Positions 29,454 through 41,244 of a stretch of DNA of 64,000 nt are shown one piece after another. The notes under the pieces are model-generated. The model saw only the letters and a program-made list of their open reading frames with translations, was not told where the DNA came from and ran no database searches. This DNA comes from Tortispora ganteri (taxonomy: Eukaryota), in contig PPNB01000001.1 of the NCBI GenBank assembly GCA_003707115.1, forward strand, positions 620,001 to 684,000. The letters run 5' to 3'. The translations under genes and the position numbers were made by a program. Position 1 is the stretch's first letter. Each line of letters opens with the position of its first letter.

Positions 29454-32241
29454 ATGTCGACTGACTACTCAGTATCTTCACTGAGACATAAGGTACGTAC
29501 ATCTTTTACTCTACAAATGCTTTTTCCTGCGCATTGTCACATTCAGTTATCTCCAATTGTTTCTACTGCCGAAGAATGCGCTTTGATCAGTCCATCTAAA
29601 GCCTTGAACCGTTGCTCGGCTACAATCTGCAATTGAGCTGCTAAAACATATGCGATGCAAGGAAAATAACACTCCTACAAGAAATCTAACATAATAGCGA
29701 ACATTCACTGGGTTTACTCAGAAGGAAATTCGTGCTGTAGAAGCACAGATTCCTCCTAAAGCGAGAAACGTATGGAAACAGTTTGCAACTAAAGAGTTTC
29801 AAACAAAGGAAGAATTCGAATCCCATTTTGTGAAAAATGTTGAAACTAGGTTGGCTAGATCAATTTATAACTGTGATGTGCTAGCCGCATATCAAGCAAG
29901 TGCGCTTGCTACTCGCGACAGACTCATTATTGCTTGGAATCACACCCAATCTCAAATGGCATTACAAGATCCTAAAAGAGTATACTATCTGTCTCTCGAA
30001 TTCCTTATGGGTAGAGCTATGGATAATGCAATTTTGAACTTGAATGTCAAGCCTATGATAACCGAAGCTGTTCACGAGCTTGGCTTTCGCATGGAAGATA
30101 TCCTTGAGGAAGAGCCAGATGCTGCCCTCGGTAATGGTGGCTTAGGCCGTCTTGCAGCTTGTTATATGGACTCAATTGCTACTCTAGAGTATCCAGGATG
30201 GGGTTATGGGATTCGTTACCAATACGGTATTTTCAAGCAACGTATCATCGATGGCTATCAGGTGGAAGCTCCCGATTACTGGCTCGCTTTTGCCAACCCC
30301 TGGGAACTCCCGCGCTATGAGATTCAGGTTGACGTCATGTTTTACGGACGTGTAATTCAATACACCGATGATGATGGAAAACTGCGATTTTCCTGGGAAG
30401 ATGGTGAACTTGTTCAGGCAGTAGCCTACGATGTACCAATTCCCGGATATGGCACTGAGAACACCAATAATCTTCGTTTGTGGGCTGCTAAACCGACTCG
30501 TGAGTTCGATTTCCAAAAGTTCAACGAAGGTGACTACCAGTCTGCTGTAAGGAATCAACAGGAAGCTGAAACTATCTCTGCTGTTCTATACCCTAACGAC
30601 AATTTTGATTCGGGCAAGGAACTTCGTCTCAAACAGCAATACTTCTGGGTTGCTGCTTCTTTGAATGATATAATTCGTCGATTTAAGAAGTCACGCCGCC
30701 CTTGGCGTGATCTTCCCGAACAGGTCGCTATTCAGCTCAATGATACGCATCCAACCCTAGCTGTGGTAGAACTTCAGCGTATATTAGTTGATATGGAAAA
30801 TCTAGACTGGGATTTTTCATGGAATTTGGTCACTAAATGCTTTGGTTACACAAACCATACGGTCATGCAGGAAGCCCTTGAGAAATGGCCTGTACCTCTT
30901 CTAGAGAATTTGTTGCCCCGCCATCTTGCTATCATTTATGATATAAACCTATTCTTTTTGCAACATGTCGAGAGGCGTTTTCCCAAGGATATCAAACTTC
31001 TTCAAGATGTATCTATTATTCAAGAAGGAGCGCCTAAGCAAGTAAGAATGGCACATTTGGCTGTTATTGGCTCGCACAAAGTTAACGGTGTTGCTGAATT
31101 GCACTCTGATTTGATTCAAAAGACAATATTCAAAGACTTTGTTAAGATATTTGGCAAAGACAAATTTACCAATGTCACCAATGGCATTACTCCTAGACGC
31201 TGGCTCCACCAAGCTAATCCTGGCTTGAGCGCTCTCATTGCTGAAAAGTTAGGAGGCTATGGTTTCCTGACTGACCTGAGCAAGCTTTCTGGGCTTGAGA
31301 AGTTTGTTACAGATCCAGACTTTCGTACCAAATGGAAAGATATCAAGAAAGCCAACAAAGCTAAACTTGGTGACTATATTAAGGAACATAATGGAGTGGA
31401 ACTTGACACTTCATACATTTGGGATATACAGGTGAAACGAATTCACGAATACAAGCGTCAGCAGCTTAATATTTTTGGTATAATCTACAGGTATTTGCAG
31501 TTAAAGAAAAAGTCTAAAGAGGAAATAGCTGCGACACTTGGTCATGTTTCTCTTATTGGAGGAAAGAGTGCCCCAGGATATTATGCTGCAAAGACTATCA
31601 TAAAGTTGGCTAACTCGATTAGTGAAGTCATTAACAAGGATGAGGAAATCCAAGGAAAGCTGAAGGTTGTGTTTATCGAGGACTACAATGTTTCCAAAGC
31701 GGAAATGATTTGCCCAGCCTCAGATATTAGTCAGCACATTTCTACCGCTGGAACTGAGGCTTCAGGAACTTCTAATATGAAATTTGTGCTTAACGGCGGT
31801 CTCATCCTCGGTACCGTCGATGGTGCCAATGTTGAAATCACTCGAGAAATTGGTGATGAGAATATATTTCTTTTCGGCCACCTGGCAGATTCTGTTGACG
31901 ACCTTCGTTTTAAGCACCAATACCAAAAAGTTGAAATCCCATCTCAGCTTACTGAGGTGTTTGATGCTATTAGCAGCGGAATGTTTGGCGATCCAAATAT
32001 TTTCCAGACTTTAATACAATCAATTACTACTCACGGAGATTACTATTTGGTATCTGATGATTTTGAGTCTTACCTTGAGGCGCATTCTCTAATCACTGAA
32101 GCGTATTCTGATTACGAAAGCTGGACCACGAAGTCTATCCTTTCCGTGGCGCGAATGGGATTCTTCTCTTCCGATAGAGCTGTTCAAGAATACGCCGACG
32201 AGATCTGGAATATAGAACCTCTTGGAGTTGCGGAAGAGTAA
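29454..32241 (+). CDS. GPH1: Glycogen phosphorylase; 2 exons: 29454-29492 and 29698-32241
   Basis: LGNGGLGRLAAC, QLNDTHP, KRIHEYKRQ, EASGTSNMKF; the 205-nt intron GTACGT...CTAAC..TAG restores the regulatory phosphosite region HK|RTFTGF. Confidence 0.96.
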
Positions 32242-32328
32242 ATATCTACGTACATCTACACACGCACACACATATATATATATTCATAATTTTTTAATAA
32301 AGTTTATATCTTATCCAACTCATGCATA

Positions 32329-34824
32329 TTACGCTAGGTACTGATACCGCTCGGCATCCACACGCGCAATATATTCTTTGTCTATCAGCAAATCAATACA
32401 TTTCTTGATCTCGCCGATAGAAGGAGAAAACCTGGATGATATCTGTGTTATAGTTTCCTGAACTAGCTGAACATGCTTCAACTGCTTGCGAGCTTTCATG
32501 ACACGAACAATTGCAGACTGTATCAAAACCTTGCGATCCTCTTCAATGTTCTTCTGAGTGGCTGCGGCCTCTTTTTGCTGTTCGAACTTAAGAGGCTGGT
32601 TAAGATTCACACGAAGCCTTTTTCCACGGAATCCAGTATTGTATATAAAGCGCGTTTCGGGATCTTCGATTGCCGCGTCATGAGGCTCTTTAAGTAGCAC
32701 TTTGGCCTTGATTAAAATACTCAAAGATCCAGCTAAGAAATCCTTGCTTAGTTCAGTCATAGACTCCAGTTCACGGTAAGTGAGTGTATCTTTATCATTG
32801 TAGCTTAGTAGAATAGCCATTTGAAACGCAGAAACCTGAAATGTGTACGTGACAGTGCCATCTCCGCTTGGCGAATTATAAGTGGCTCGCATTTCTCCTT
32901 TGCAATGATTATAAAGCCATTCAAGTTTCCTACCGGAATGTTTAGAGTGGTAAAATTTTTCGAATCGTTCCAACGCTTCTCGCAATAGTGAAGGAAGCTG
33001 AAAACTAGTCTTGGCAGGTTGCATAGTCCAGAAGTTAGAACCTAATACTAGCATTTCCATATCCAACGGAAGATCTTCTTTTTCAGCAGAGGTCTTAAAG
33101 GCTTGAGTAAGGTCAGAGGAAATGTTAATATCCTGGAACATACGTTGAAGAACTGAAATATAATCAAAACCACAAGCATCCTTGAGCTTTGAAATCATGC
33201 TTGCCTCTGCGGCATCACTAATACTTATACCGTTTACTAAGCGACGAGCAAGAGCACGAGCATAAGATTTCTGAAAAACATCCTTGTCATCAATGTAAAA
33301 GAATATAGTCATCACGTCGTTGAGTGCAGCTTCCAAATCATCTTCCGAAGAGATATTTGTAGCATTGGTGGAAGGATCGACTGCGGTAGAAGAAGAAGAA
33401 GCGGATATAGCATTAGAAGTAGCGGCAACAGCAGCAGCAACAGCACGAGAAGAAGCAGAAGATTTTCGTAACAAAGTATCGCAATAACGCGCAATTATAT
33501 CAGGGGCGCGAACTGCTTTAGAGAATGTTTTAGTGTCATTAATGAAGTCACGGCACGCATTGTCTAGCGCTTTAACAAATTCAGGGTTATTACCGTAGGC
33601 TTCCTGAACAAGAGAAGCATATGTACTATGGAGTCTAAGAAGTGTTGAAACGTAGGCTTGAGGGTCGACAGCTGCGGCGGGGCGAGAAGGAGCTTTAATA
33701 TCTTGATTTGTGTTTGAAGCGGATGATTCGAGAAGTTGCTGAATAGCCAGTGTTCCTTGTTTGCGAACGTATATTTCAAATTCCGCCATGAGAGGCTTTA
33801 GACCATCAGGTATGAGGGATAAAAGTCGGTAGATACAAGATAGGTCCAGGATTGAGTGAGAATCGAGGAGTGCACGATGTTCAGCAACCAACATTTCAGA
33901 ATAATCGGCAATGAGAACATTATGCACAATATTTAGAAGTTTAGGAGTAGTAGATACAGCTAAGTATTCATCGAGACGTTTTGCTTCTTCGGCGATTCGT
34001 GATTCAGCTTTGCGCATGTACTGCACGACGGAATGAGAGGCGATGAATCTTTGCGACTCTTCCTTATAGTATTGTGCGGTAGCTTCCAGGAAGCGGCCTT
34101 CAAAGCATTCTTCATAAACGGACAAGCCAGGTTGGTGGCTGGACAGAGAATAGTCAGAACCGTCTATGCCTAATGCGACGAGAGACTGGATGAGACCGCT
34201 TAGGAGCGGAGTAGTTATCGATTCACCGTCGCGATCGCGTCTGATCATTGACAATGCAGCATCTGTGAGTGATTTTGAGCAGGAAAAGAGCATTGAGTTT
34301 TTCCATTTCATGAGGCAAAGGGTGTAAACATCGTAGACGTTGGTGTGGCCATCGTCGCGTTGGCGAGGAACCCAGTGTCTGTTTATGTAAGCGAAGACAT
34401 TAGTCAGATACTTTGCACCAATAGAGTAGCGTGTAAAACGGATCATATACTCTTTAATGAGTTCTTCATCTTGGTAATGGCTGACTTCCGATCTAAGTGT
34501 AGAGAGACGACGGTTGAGATAGGAAGAGAGTCTTTGGTATATTTCAACGCCCCTAAACTCAGAAGACGAAGATGAATCGCTGCCCCAAAACGGAGTGTTG
34601 GACACAGGGACATTTGTGCAGTAATTATGGATGATTGAGTACATGCCCATGTACATTTGTGGAGATAGGGCGACCTCATCTAGAGGTTTCACTAGGAGGA
34701 TGTCTAGGCCTTTCTCGACGTAGGCCCAGCTTCGAGGTTAGTACATACAGTGGACTAGAATTTAAAGTAATACGTACACATCTTCAAGATTGTTGGGATT
34801 CGGCAAATCAATTGCAGAAGACAT
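32329..34824 (-). CDS. CDC53: Cullin-1; 2 exons: 34824-34778 and 34729-32329
   Basis: YM..YS.IHNYC, YINRHWV, ALDNACR.FIN, DKDVF, HSGRKL.W, IVRVMKARK neddylation site; the 48-nt intron GTACGT...CTAAC...AAG restores MSSAIDLPNPNNLEDVWAYVEKG. Confidence 0.92.
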
Positions 34825-35161
34825 TATAATAAATAGTGTCTACGAGTGATGAAATGGTAAAAAGGAAAAGACGCAATTGTGAAATGTGGGTAGGGTAGTC
34901 AGTTGTTTGGTGGGACCTTGAGGGCGGGGTGGGGTCCCTGCGTGCGAATGCTGTGAATGGGGAAGGAGGCATAAAGCGCAGTAACAATGGTTCTTGATTT
35001 CCAGGCCGACGTTGACGGATGCAATCTTTTCCGATGCGGTTTTGCAATCTCTTCCGAGGTGCGTGCTAGACCTATTTGCAGAGGTGTGTGTGGTCGAATG
35101 GTGCGTTGAGTGTTCGCGGATTAGGGAGGAGCGAGGTGGAGGACAAGATCAATGCGGTCGA

Positions 35162-36064
35162 TTATCTGCTTACACGCTCTACCAGGCGAAACACAGATAC
35201 AGTAAACGTCAGGACCCATAGAATCAGCACAACGCATAACATGGCAGATAATCCGCGTTGCCGTTGGCATATCGCGAAGTCATAGCTTGCAGCGAGACCG
35301 GGGATCTCAAGCGACGAGCTGCATACCCAGTCGATATCCAGCATGTTCTCCATCGCCAGCGATAAACTTGCTGCAATAAATATAATAAATAAAAGGTCTA
35401 GCATAATGAGTCTCATCTTAGCTTTCGCTTCTCGCAAACCCAGTGGTTTGCTGGTATACTCATCGTAAGTTATGTATACGAGGTAAAGAACGGCGACAGA
35501 TTGTACAGCTATGCTCATTATCGTAGAAGGCAATTGGTAAACCTGTGGAGTAATGGCTTCGGATCTGCGGAAGATACTGACAGCCAATGCTAGACATGCA
35601 ATCGAGAAGATGAATATCGTCGTTCGTAGCGTCAGTGGTATGAACGGGTTGTTTAGCATTATATGTAGTATTTGCGACTTCGAGAAGAACGTAAATATAA
35701 ACCATTTCTTCTTCTTTCCTGTATCGCTGTTCTCGTAGCCGAATATAGAATTATTTAGGCCGATCCACTCTTTGTCCAGGTCAGGCTGCTGGTGGTCTAG
35801 TTCTTCTTTGGATACGGGATGAATCATGCTTGAAGGTATTTGCGGCCTCGAACGCTGCAGGTACTCATGCCACCGGCTTTTAGCAAGACGCTGACCGGAT
35901 AGTGGTGATAATACATCGTCGTTCATAGGGTATGAGTAGTCTGATTGCGATTGTAGCACATTCACAGGAATAACATTCGCCTTGAAATAGTTCTCTCCTT
36001 CGAGCAGAAACCGTTCATGATGAGCTCGTCGCCGCTCAGACTCTGTTATATCTATAGAGACCAT
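35162..36064 (-). CDS. SRF1: Four-TM regulator of phospholipase D, Srf1-like
   Basis: C-terminal 4-TM block with YITYDEYTSKPLGLR..KMRLIMLDLLFIIF and FRLVERV. Confidence 0.75.
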   Translation of the reverse strand: MVSIDITESERRRAHHERFLLEGENYFKANVIPVNVLQSQSDYSYPMNDDVLSPLSGQRLAKSRWHEYLQRSRPQIPSSMIHPVSKEELDHQQPDLDKEWIGLNNSIFGYENSDTGKKKKWFIFTFFSKSQILHIMLNNPFIPLTLRTTIFIFSIACLALAVSIFRRSEAITPQVYQLPSTIMSIAVQSVAVLYLVYITYDEYTSKPLGLREAKAKMRLIMLDLLFIIFIAASLSLAMENMLDIDWVCSSSLEIPGLAASYDFAICQRQRGLSAMLCVVLILWVLTFTVSVFRLVERVSR

Positions 36065-36522
36065 TCTTTAAGTAATCAGGATAGATATCAGTATCAGAGA
36101 ATAGGTTTGTTTTGCGCACAAAACTGACAGTTTGCTGCACAATAAATGCTGCCTTGCCTTTAAAGCTCGATGGTGTTGTATGCAGCCAAAAAAGGAAATC
36201 CCAAATCTCTCAATATCCGGGTAACGGTTGTCAAAGGAGTATTATACGGCAGTTGCCTGGCCCGGTTTGCTGCTTATCTGGCTAAAAAAAGTTATAGCTT
36301 AGTGTTAGTACAAGCGTTCAATTAGGTGAAATGCCATTTTAGGGCACTAAAAGCAGGCGTAGCAGCGTGCAGGCGGCTGTGTTGGTCTGCAAAGCGAATT
36401 GGTCCCGCAATGACGTTTGGGTTGGAACTTTGAACTCTAATGGCCAATCAGAACCCCCTCGTTGGCACGCCTTCGAAAGTGTTAAAAAAGAGCACTGTTG
36501 AAAATACTTCTATGTGTGGATA

Positions 36523-37359
36523 ATGAGACTTTGGTACTTGCCGATAACGACACGACGGGCGCTGATATATTGTGAGCCCATTAGATATGGGATCAATGGT
36601 GTGAAACCGTCAATTGAGCAACGCATCACTACCAAGATTGCAGATACCTGGAAGACCTGGGAAAAGGCGGAACAGAAGTGGAAACGAACGCTGGTGACCT
36701 ATATAAACAAAGCATTGGACCGAATACCATACGAGGAATGGGGCCTGCGGTCTATTGCTGCTGGGGTGAAGTCAGGCGGGCAGTCTGAGCCGTTAGAGAA
36801 GTCGACGCTTATATACCCTAAGGACGCCGTACTGGAAGAAAACATTTCGAAGTATATGGCTGATCTAATTCGTAGAAGATCGCCATACCACCGTAAATGG
36901 ATGGTGATTTGCGCAGCGGTTGCACCACTGACACTACCGCTGGCAGCTGTCCCTATTGTACCGAATATTCCAGGATTTTTCCTGCTTTACCGCGTGTGGT
37001 GCCATTCCAAAGCTCTAAGCGGTGCGCGCAAACTGGATGCTTCGCGGTCATCGAAGATGCTGGAGATGTCAGCGAGTGAGGATCTCGCAGATGCATACGA
37101 TGTGCCACATTTTCCCGGTATTGCACCTGCCGCGTCTGATACCAGACCGCACGTACCGCACACACTCAGCATAGATCCGAGAGAAGTACTAGGCCGCGAA
37201 GAGGTCCTATTGCAGTCGGACCGCATACCGCACATATCGGCGCTGTTCGGTGACGATCACTCCGAATTGATCGCGAGCGAGCTTGCTCGTGCGCATAGAC
37301 AAATAATTGCATCGATGAACGTTCCTTCTGGCGCTAAACAACTAACTGAAAAAAAATAG
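36523..37359 (+). CDS. Mitochondrial K+/H+ exchange-related protein (Mit_KHE1 / YDL183C-like)
   Basis: RIPYEEWGLRSI and PLTLPLAAVPIVPNIPGFFLLYR..H.KA..GA motifs; ATG at 36523. Confidence 0.78.
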   Translation: MRLWYLPITTRRALIYCEPIRYGINGVKPSIEQRITTKIADTWKTWEKAEQKWKRTLVTYINKALDRIPYEEWGLRSIAAGVKSGGQSEPLEKSTLIYPKDAVLEENISKYMADLIRRRSPYHRKWMVICAAVAPLTLPLAAVPIVPNIPGFFLLYRVWCHSKALSGARKLDASRSSKMLEMSASEDLADAYDVPHFPGIAPAASDTRPHVPHTLSIDPREVLGREEVLLQSDRIPHISALFGDDHSELIASELARAHRQIIASMNVPSGAKQLTEKK

Positions 37360-37750
37360 TCAATTTATATTTCTATTATCCTATTCTGATCGCATCATAG
37401 TAGAATTCCTCAGCGAACGCTCGATCAACAATAAAGTTTTTCCGTTAATCGGTCCCACGCGACAAAAGTGAGGCTTTTACTTACGCCAAAAAACCTGCTC
37501 GCTATTAACACCCCTTTGCCTTAATATAGCCTTTTTCCACACCCTACTTTTCCCCCTTGCTAGCCCTAGGTTACCAATCCAGTTCATATACAGAAAATAG
37601 AATAACGCGTACTTGAGTCTTAGGTACACCTTCCAATTATCTTCTTATTCTGCTACCCGTACTCTCTCGCTTCTTCTCGCTGCTCCTCGATCCCCCCTGT
37701 CTTCCACTGCACACTGCTGCTACAACGCTTTGCACTAGTCTCGCGCAACT

Positions 37751-39631
37751 ATGCACAGACCTGTGAAATTCTCACATAAAGACACGGGCTCTTCTCAGAG
37801 CTCGATTTCGCACGAGGATTTCATGGAGGTGCATGCTATCACTTCCAATACGCCCTCAGAGCCAACAACTAGTCGTTCTGCCAAACCCTACATACCGATA
37901 TCCTCCAACTCTAGACACTCGGTTATCAGACACGCAAACACCTCTCGCAACTCAAACCAGCCACTAAACTCATCACCCCCAAATGGTTCAGAGTTCGACC
38001 GATATCCACAGCGGGTCTCATCGTCCACCTCCGTGAACGCCCCACTCCTTCGCTCCGACCGCAGTACCCTGAGCGAAGATCCCCCAGAGAATCCTTTCGT
38101 CACAGACGCCGACTTCTCTCCCTTCGGCGGCTATCCTGCATCTTCATTTCCCCTGCATATTGATGATAAGGAGGTAGACGATTATCTTCACAACCCAGAC
38201 CCTATTCAGGACGCAAAATACGATCGCACATGCCATAAACTCGACAAGCGTGGCGCATCAAACCTCGCTGGCCTCACTCTCCTCGTGCTAGGCGCGATCG
38301 GTATCTTCATCATCTTGCCGGCATTCACATTCTCAGGCATAACGAGTCGCCGCCCTACACATTACGAAATCCTTTCGGACTACACCTTCCCAATGCTCAG
38401 TGCTATTCGCACCTCCCTAGTCGACCCTGACACTCCCGACCAGTTTAGGTATAAGTACTCTTCAGTCTCTGGAAAAAACTACACCTTAGTCTTCTCAGAC
38501 GAGTTCAACCTTAACGGTCGAACCTTTTACCCTAACGAAGACCAATTCTGGGAAGGCGTCGATCTTAATTACGCCGCAACTAACGACGTCGAATGGTACG
38601 ACCCAGCCGCTCTTTCGACATCTGACGGAACTCTTAACATTCGTCTGGACGCCATAAAGAACCACGATCTCTTCTACAGAAGTGGCATGTTGCAGTCATG
38701 GAATAAACTCTGTTTCAAATCTGGATTCGTGGAAATATCGGCATCTTTGGCTGGTCCTGCCGGTAAAGCGGGCTTGTGGCCTGGTGCATGGACAATGGGA
38801 AACCTTGGACGCCCTGGCTTTTTGGCTACAACTGAAGGCGTATGGCCGTACGGTTACGACGAGTGTGATGCCGGTATCACTTATAATCAGTCACAATCAG
38901 ATGGCCTCTCGTATCTACCTGGCCAAAAGCTGAACAAATGCACATGCCCAGGTGAAGACCATCCTAATCCAGGAACGGGACGCGGCGCTCCAGAAATTGA
39001 TATTTTGGAGGGATCTGCTGATGGTGATGCTGAATTAGGGGTTGTAACGCAGTCTTACCAGATTGCACCTTTTGATATTTGGTGGAGACCAAATTACGAT
39101 TTCTTAGCGATCAATAATTACTCCGTTACCCAAATGAACTCTTACTGTGGAGGTCCTTTTCAGGAAGCTATATCTGGTGTTACTTTTTTGAATAATTCCT
39201 GGTATGATGGCGATGTATACCAAATGTATGGTTTCGAATATGAACCAGGTACGGCAAGCGGTTTTATTCAGTGGTACGTTGCAGATGAGCCAACTCTTTA
39301 TATGGACGGCCGCAGCTTGAACGCAAATGGAAATGTTGGCCGTCGCCAGATTTCTTTCGAACCGATGACTATAATTCTGAATTTGGGTATGTCGAATTCG
39401 TGGTCCTATATTGACTGGCCGTCGCTTGTCTTTCCTACTATTATGCGAGTAGACTACGTACGCATATATCAGGATACTTCTGATCCTAATTCTCAAATTA
39501 CATGTGACCCTCCTGGATATCCTACAGTGGACTATATTGCAAACCATCCCGCTGCATATCAAAACGTGAACGCTACTACTTGGTCTATGGCTGGTTATTC
39601 ATTCCCTAAGAACAGGCTCACAGGATGCTAA
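37751..39631 (+). CDS. KRE6: Beta-1,6-glucan synthesis-associated GH16 protein (Kre6/Skn1)
   Basis: EVDDYLHNPD, one TM helix, LVFSDEF, SGMLQSWNKLCF, GRGAPEIDILE, FPKNRL. Confidence 0.92.
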   Translation: MHRPVKFSHKDTGSSQSSISHEDFMEVHAITSNTPSEPTTSRSAKPYIPISSNSRHSVIRHANTSRNSNQPLNSSPPNGSEFDRYPQRVSSSTSVNAPLLRSDRSTLSEDPPENPFVTDADFSPFGGYPASSFPLHIDDKEVDDYLHNPDPIQDAKYDRTCHKLDKRGASNLAGLTLLVLGAIGIFIILPAFTFSGITSRRPTHYEILSDYTFPMLSAIRTSLVDPDTPDQFRYKYSSVSGKNYTLVFSDEFNLNGRTFYPNEDQFWEGVDLNYAATNDVEWYDPAALSTSDGTLNIRLDAIKNHDLFYRSGMLQSWNKLCFKSGFVEISASLAGPAGKAGLWPGAWTMGNLGRPGFLATTEGVWPYGYDECDAGITYNQSQSDGLSYLPGQKLNKCTCPGEDHPNPGTGRGAPEIDILEGSADGDAELGVVTQSYQIAPFDIWWRPNYDFLAINNYSVTQMNSYCGGPFQEAISGVTFLNNSWYDGDVYQMYGFEYEPGTASGFIQWYVADEPTLYMDGRSLNANGNVGRRQISFEPMTIILNLGMSNSWSYIDWPSLVFPTIMRVDYVRIYQDTSDPNSQITCDPPGYPTVDYIANHPAAYQNVNATTWSMAGYSFPKNRLTGC

Positions 39632-39707
39632 ACTATTCGTTTCACCAAAAGACAGTGAATATATCTATATAAAGAAATATATATCATGCATTATTTATTT
39701 ATCGCCA

Positions 39708-41084
39708 TTACCTCGTAAGTGTCATAAATTCATAAACGTCAGGCTCAATTTCTGGAATATACACATCAACTGGGCTATTAGTTCTTCCTAAGTGGTTCCA
39801 AATATTTGCTTCTTCCTGTAGAGACATTTGTGCATCTAGCTGTTCTAAAAATTCACATTCTTGATTATGCAAGTAATGCGCCGCGCTTTCATCGTCGTCA
39901 TACTCGTCGATAGAATCGTCAGTGTCGGCGTCTTCATCGGATTGACTTGCATCAATATTGTCAGAGTTTATGACCAAGTCATCAGGGTCATTAATATTGA
40001 AATCTCGATCAAAGATATAATTTCCAGTATGCGGATCGTACCACATGCATAACGGTTTTATATTGTCGTCCATCTCCTTAGAAAAACGCGTACGCTTCAT
40101 GTTATCAGCGATATGCCAAGGTCTTTCACGTCGCAAATAAGTTTTACAAACATCAGGAAAAGCCTTACCAGAAAGAGAGTCATCGAGCTCTTTAATATAA
40201 ATTCCTCTGTCTTTCACTGCATTGTGTGCGCGCCACGAGAGGTGTGGTATATTGGGGAGCTGCTTCATCACTTGTTTTACAGATCTAGGGATGCCGACTC
40301 GGGCGAGAGCCAGAGCAACAGCATATTCCGACACGTATCCATCTCCTATAGATTCTGCTGATTTCAAAGACTCGATAACCAAGTCACGCGTGAATCGCAG
40401 AACCAACTTACGGATATATTTCACAGCATCAGCACTAATACCTATCAAATCGTCTTTAGGCTCCTCATACTGTTTTTCTTCAAACACATCAGATGCAATA
40501 ATGCTGGAGTAATCAAAATAAATTAGGGTCGCTATACGGATCAGGTAAGACACGTCGATTAGATCGTTAACTTGAAAGCGTGCTTTCCACAGCCGTAACT
40601 GCTCAAGCTCCGACATTGAGTTTGCCTGTGCCTGCATCTCTTCCAACATAGCGACATGTTTGTATTGTAAATATGTCAATTCATTAGATAAAGTGTCATT
40701 GACAGGACTTTGTGCGTCACCACGTGCAGTAAGATCTTCATTGTCACTCAATGTCGCGCTGATTCGTTCGATTTCCATCACGATCTCCGGCGACATCTCT
40801 GCTGCCGCGGGAATATCCTTGTACGTGATAGAACAATCGGTCAGGCTAAGTGCCTCTTCAAGTATCTCCATATACTCGGATACTTCTTCTACAACCTTTC
40901 CCACCTTCTTAGCCAGTAGGTCAACTCGTCGAGTGCGGCCGAGGTACTTGAAAAACTTGTACTTCTCTTCAGCAGTCCATAGTACTCCATTGATCAATGA
41001 CGTCTCTAGACCCTCTACAGAGTTAGGATCAATTACTTTATCATTAACATCGTCTATCATATCCTGTAACAGATCGTCGTACAT
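39708..41084 (-). CDS. RNA polymerase I upstream activation factor subunit Rrn5-like (Myb-like N-terminus)
   Basis: WTAEEKYKFFKYLGR Myb-like helix, IPAAAEMS, histone-fold-like central region, C-terminal LD...S..EE..IW. Confidence 0.6.
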   Translation of the reverse strand: MYDDLLQDMIDDVNDKVIDPNSVEGLETSLINGVLWTAEEKYKFFKYLGRTRRVDLLAKKVGKVVEEVSEYMEILEEALSLTDCSITYKDIPAAAEMSPEIVMEIERISATLSDNEDLTARGDAQSPVNDTLSNELTYLQYKHVAMLEEMQAQANSMSELEQLRLWKARFQVNDLIDVSYLIRIATLIYFDYSSIIASDVFEEKQYEEPKDDLIGISADAVKYIRKLVLRFTRDLVIESLKSAESIGDGYVSEYAVALALARVGIPRSVKQVMKQLPNIPHLSWRAHNAVKDRGIYIKELDDSLSGKAFPDVCKTYLRRERPWHIADNMKRTRFSKEMDDNIKPLCMWYDPHTGNYIFDRDFNINDPDDLVINSDNIDASQSDEDADTDDSIDEYDDDESAAHYLHNQECEFLEQLDAQMSLQEEANIWNHLGRTNSPVDVYIPEIEPDVYEFMTLTR

Positions 41085-41244
41085 TGTAGGCGAAATGGTG
41101 CAAGTAGAAGTTGGTAGTCGTTTGGGAGTCCTTTCTGTCCATAGTTTATTAAAAAAAATGTATTAAAACGATTTAATTACACAAAATTTCTTCAGCATGA
41201 ATCACTGAGAGTACACAAAAGAATATATGTCAAATTCAAAACTT

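Noticed and set aside
29493..29697. Longer (205 nt) GPH1 intron as a possible snoRNA host
   Set aside because: No C/D box pair or convincing H/ACA structure is visible by eye
9718..36224. Reb1-like TTACCCGG sites at 9718, 16146 and 36217 (reverse) in divergent promoters
   Set aside because: Plausible but ordinary general regulatory factor sites that cannot be supported beyond a consensus match
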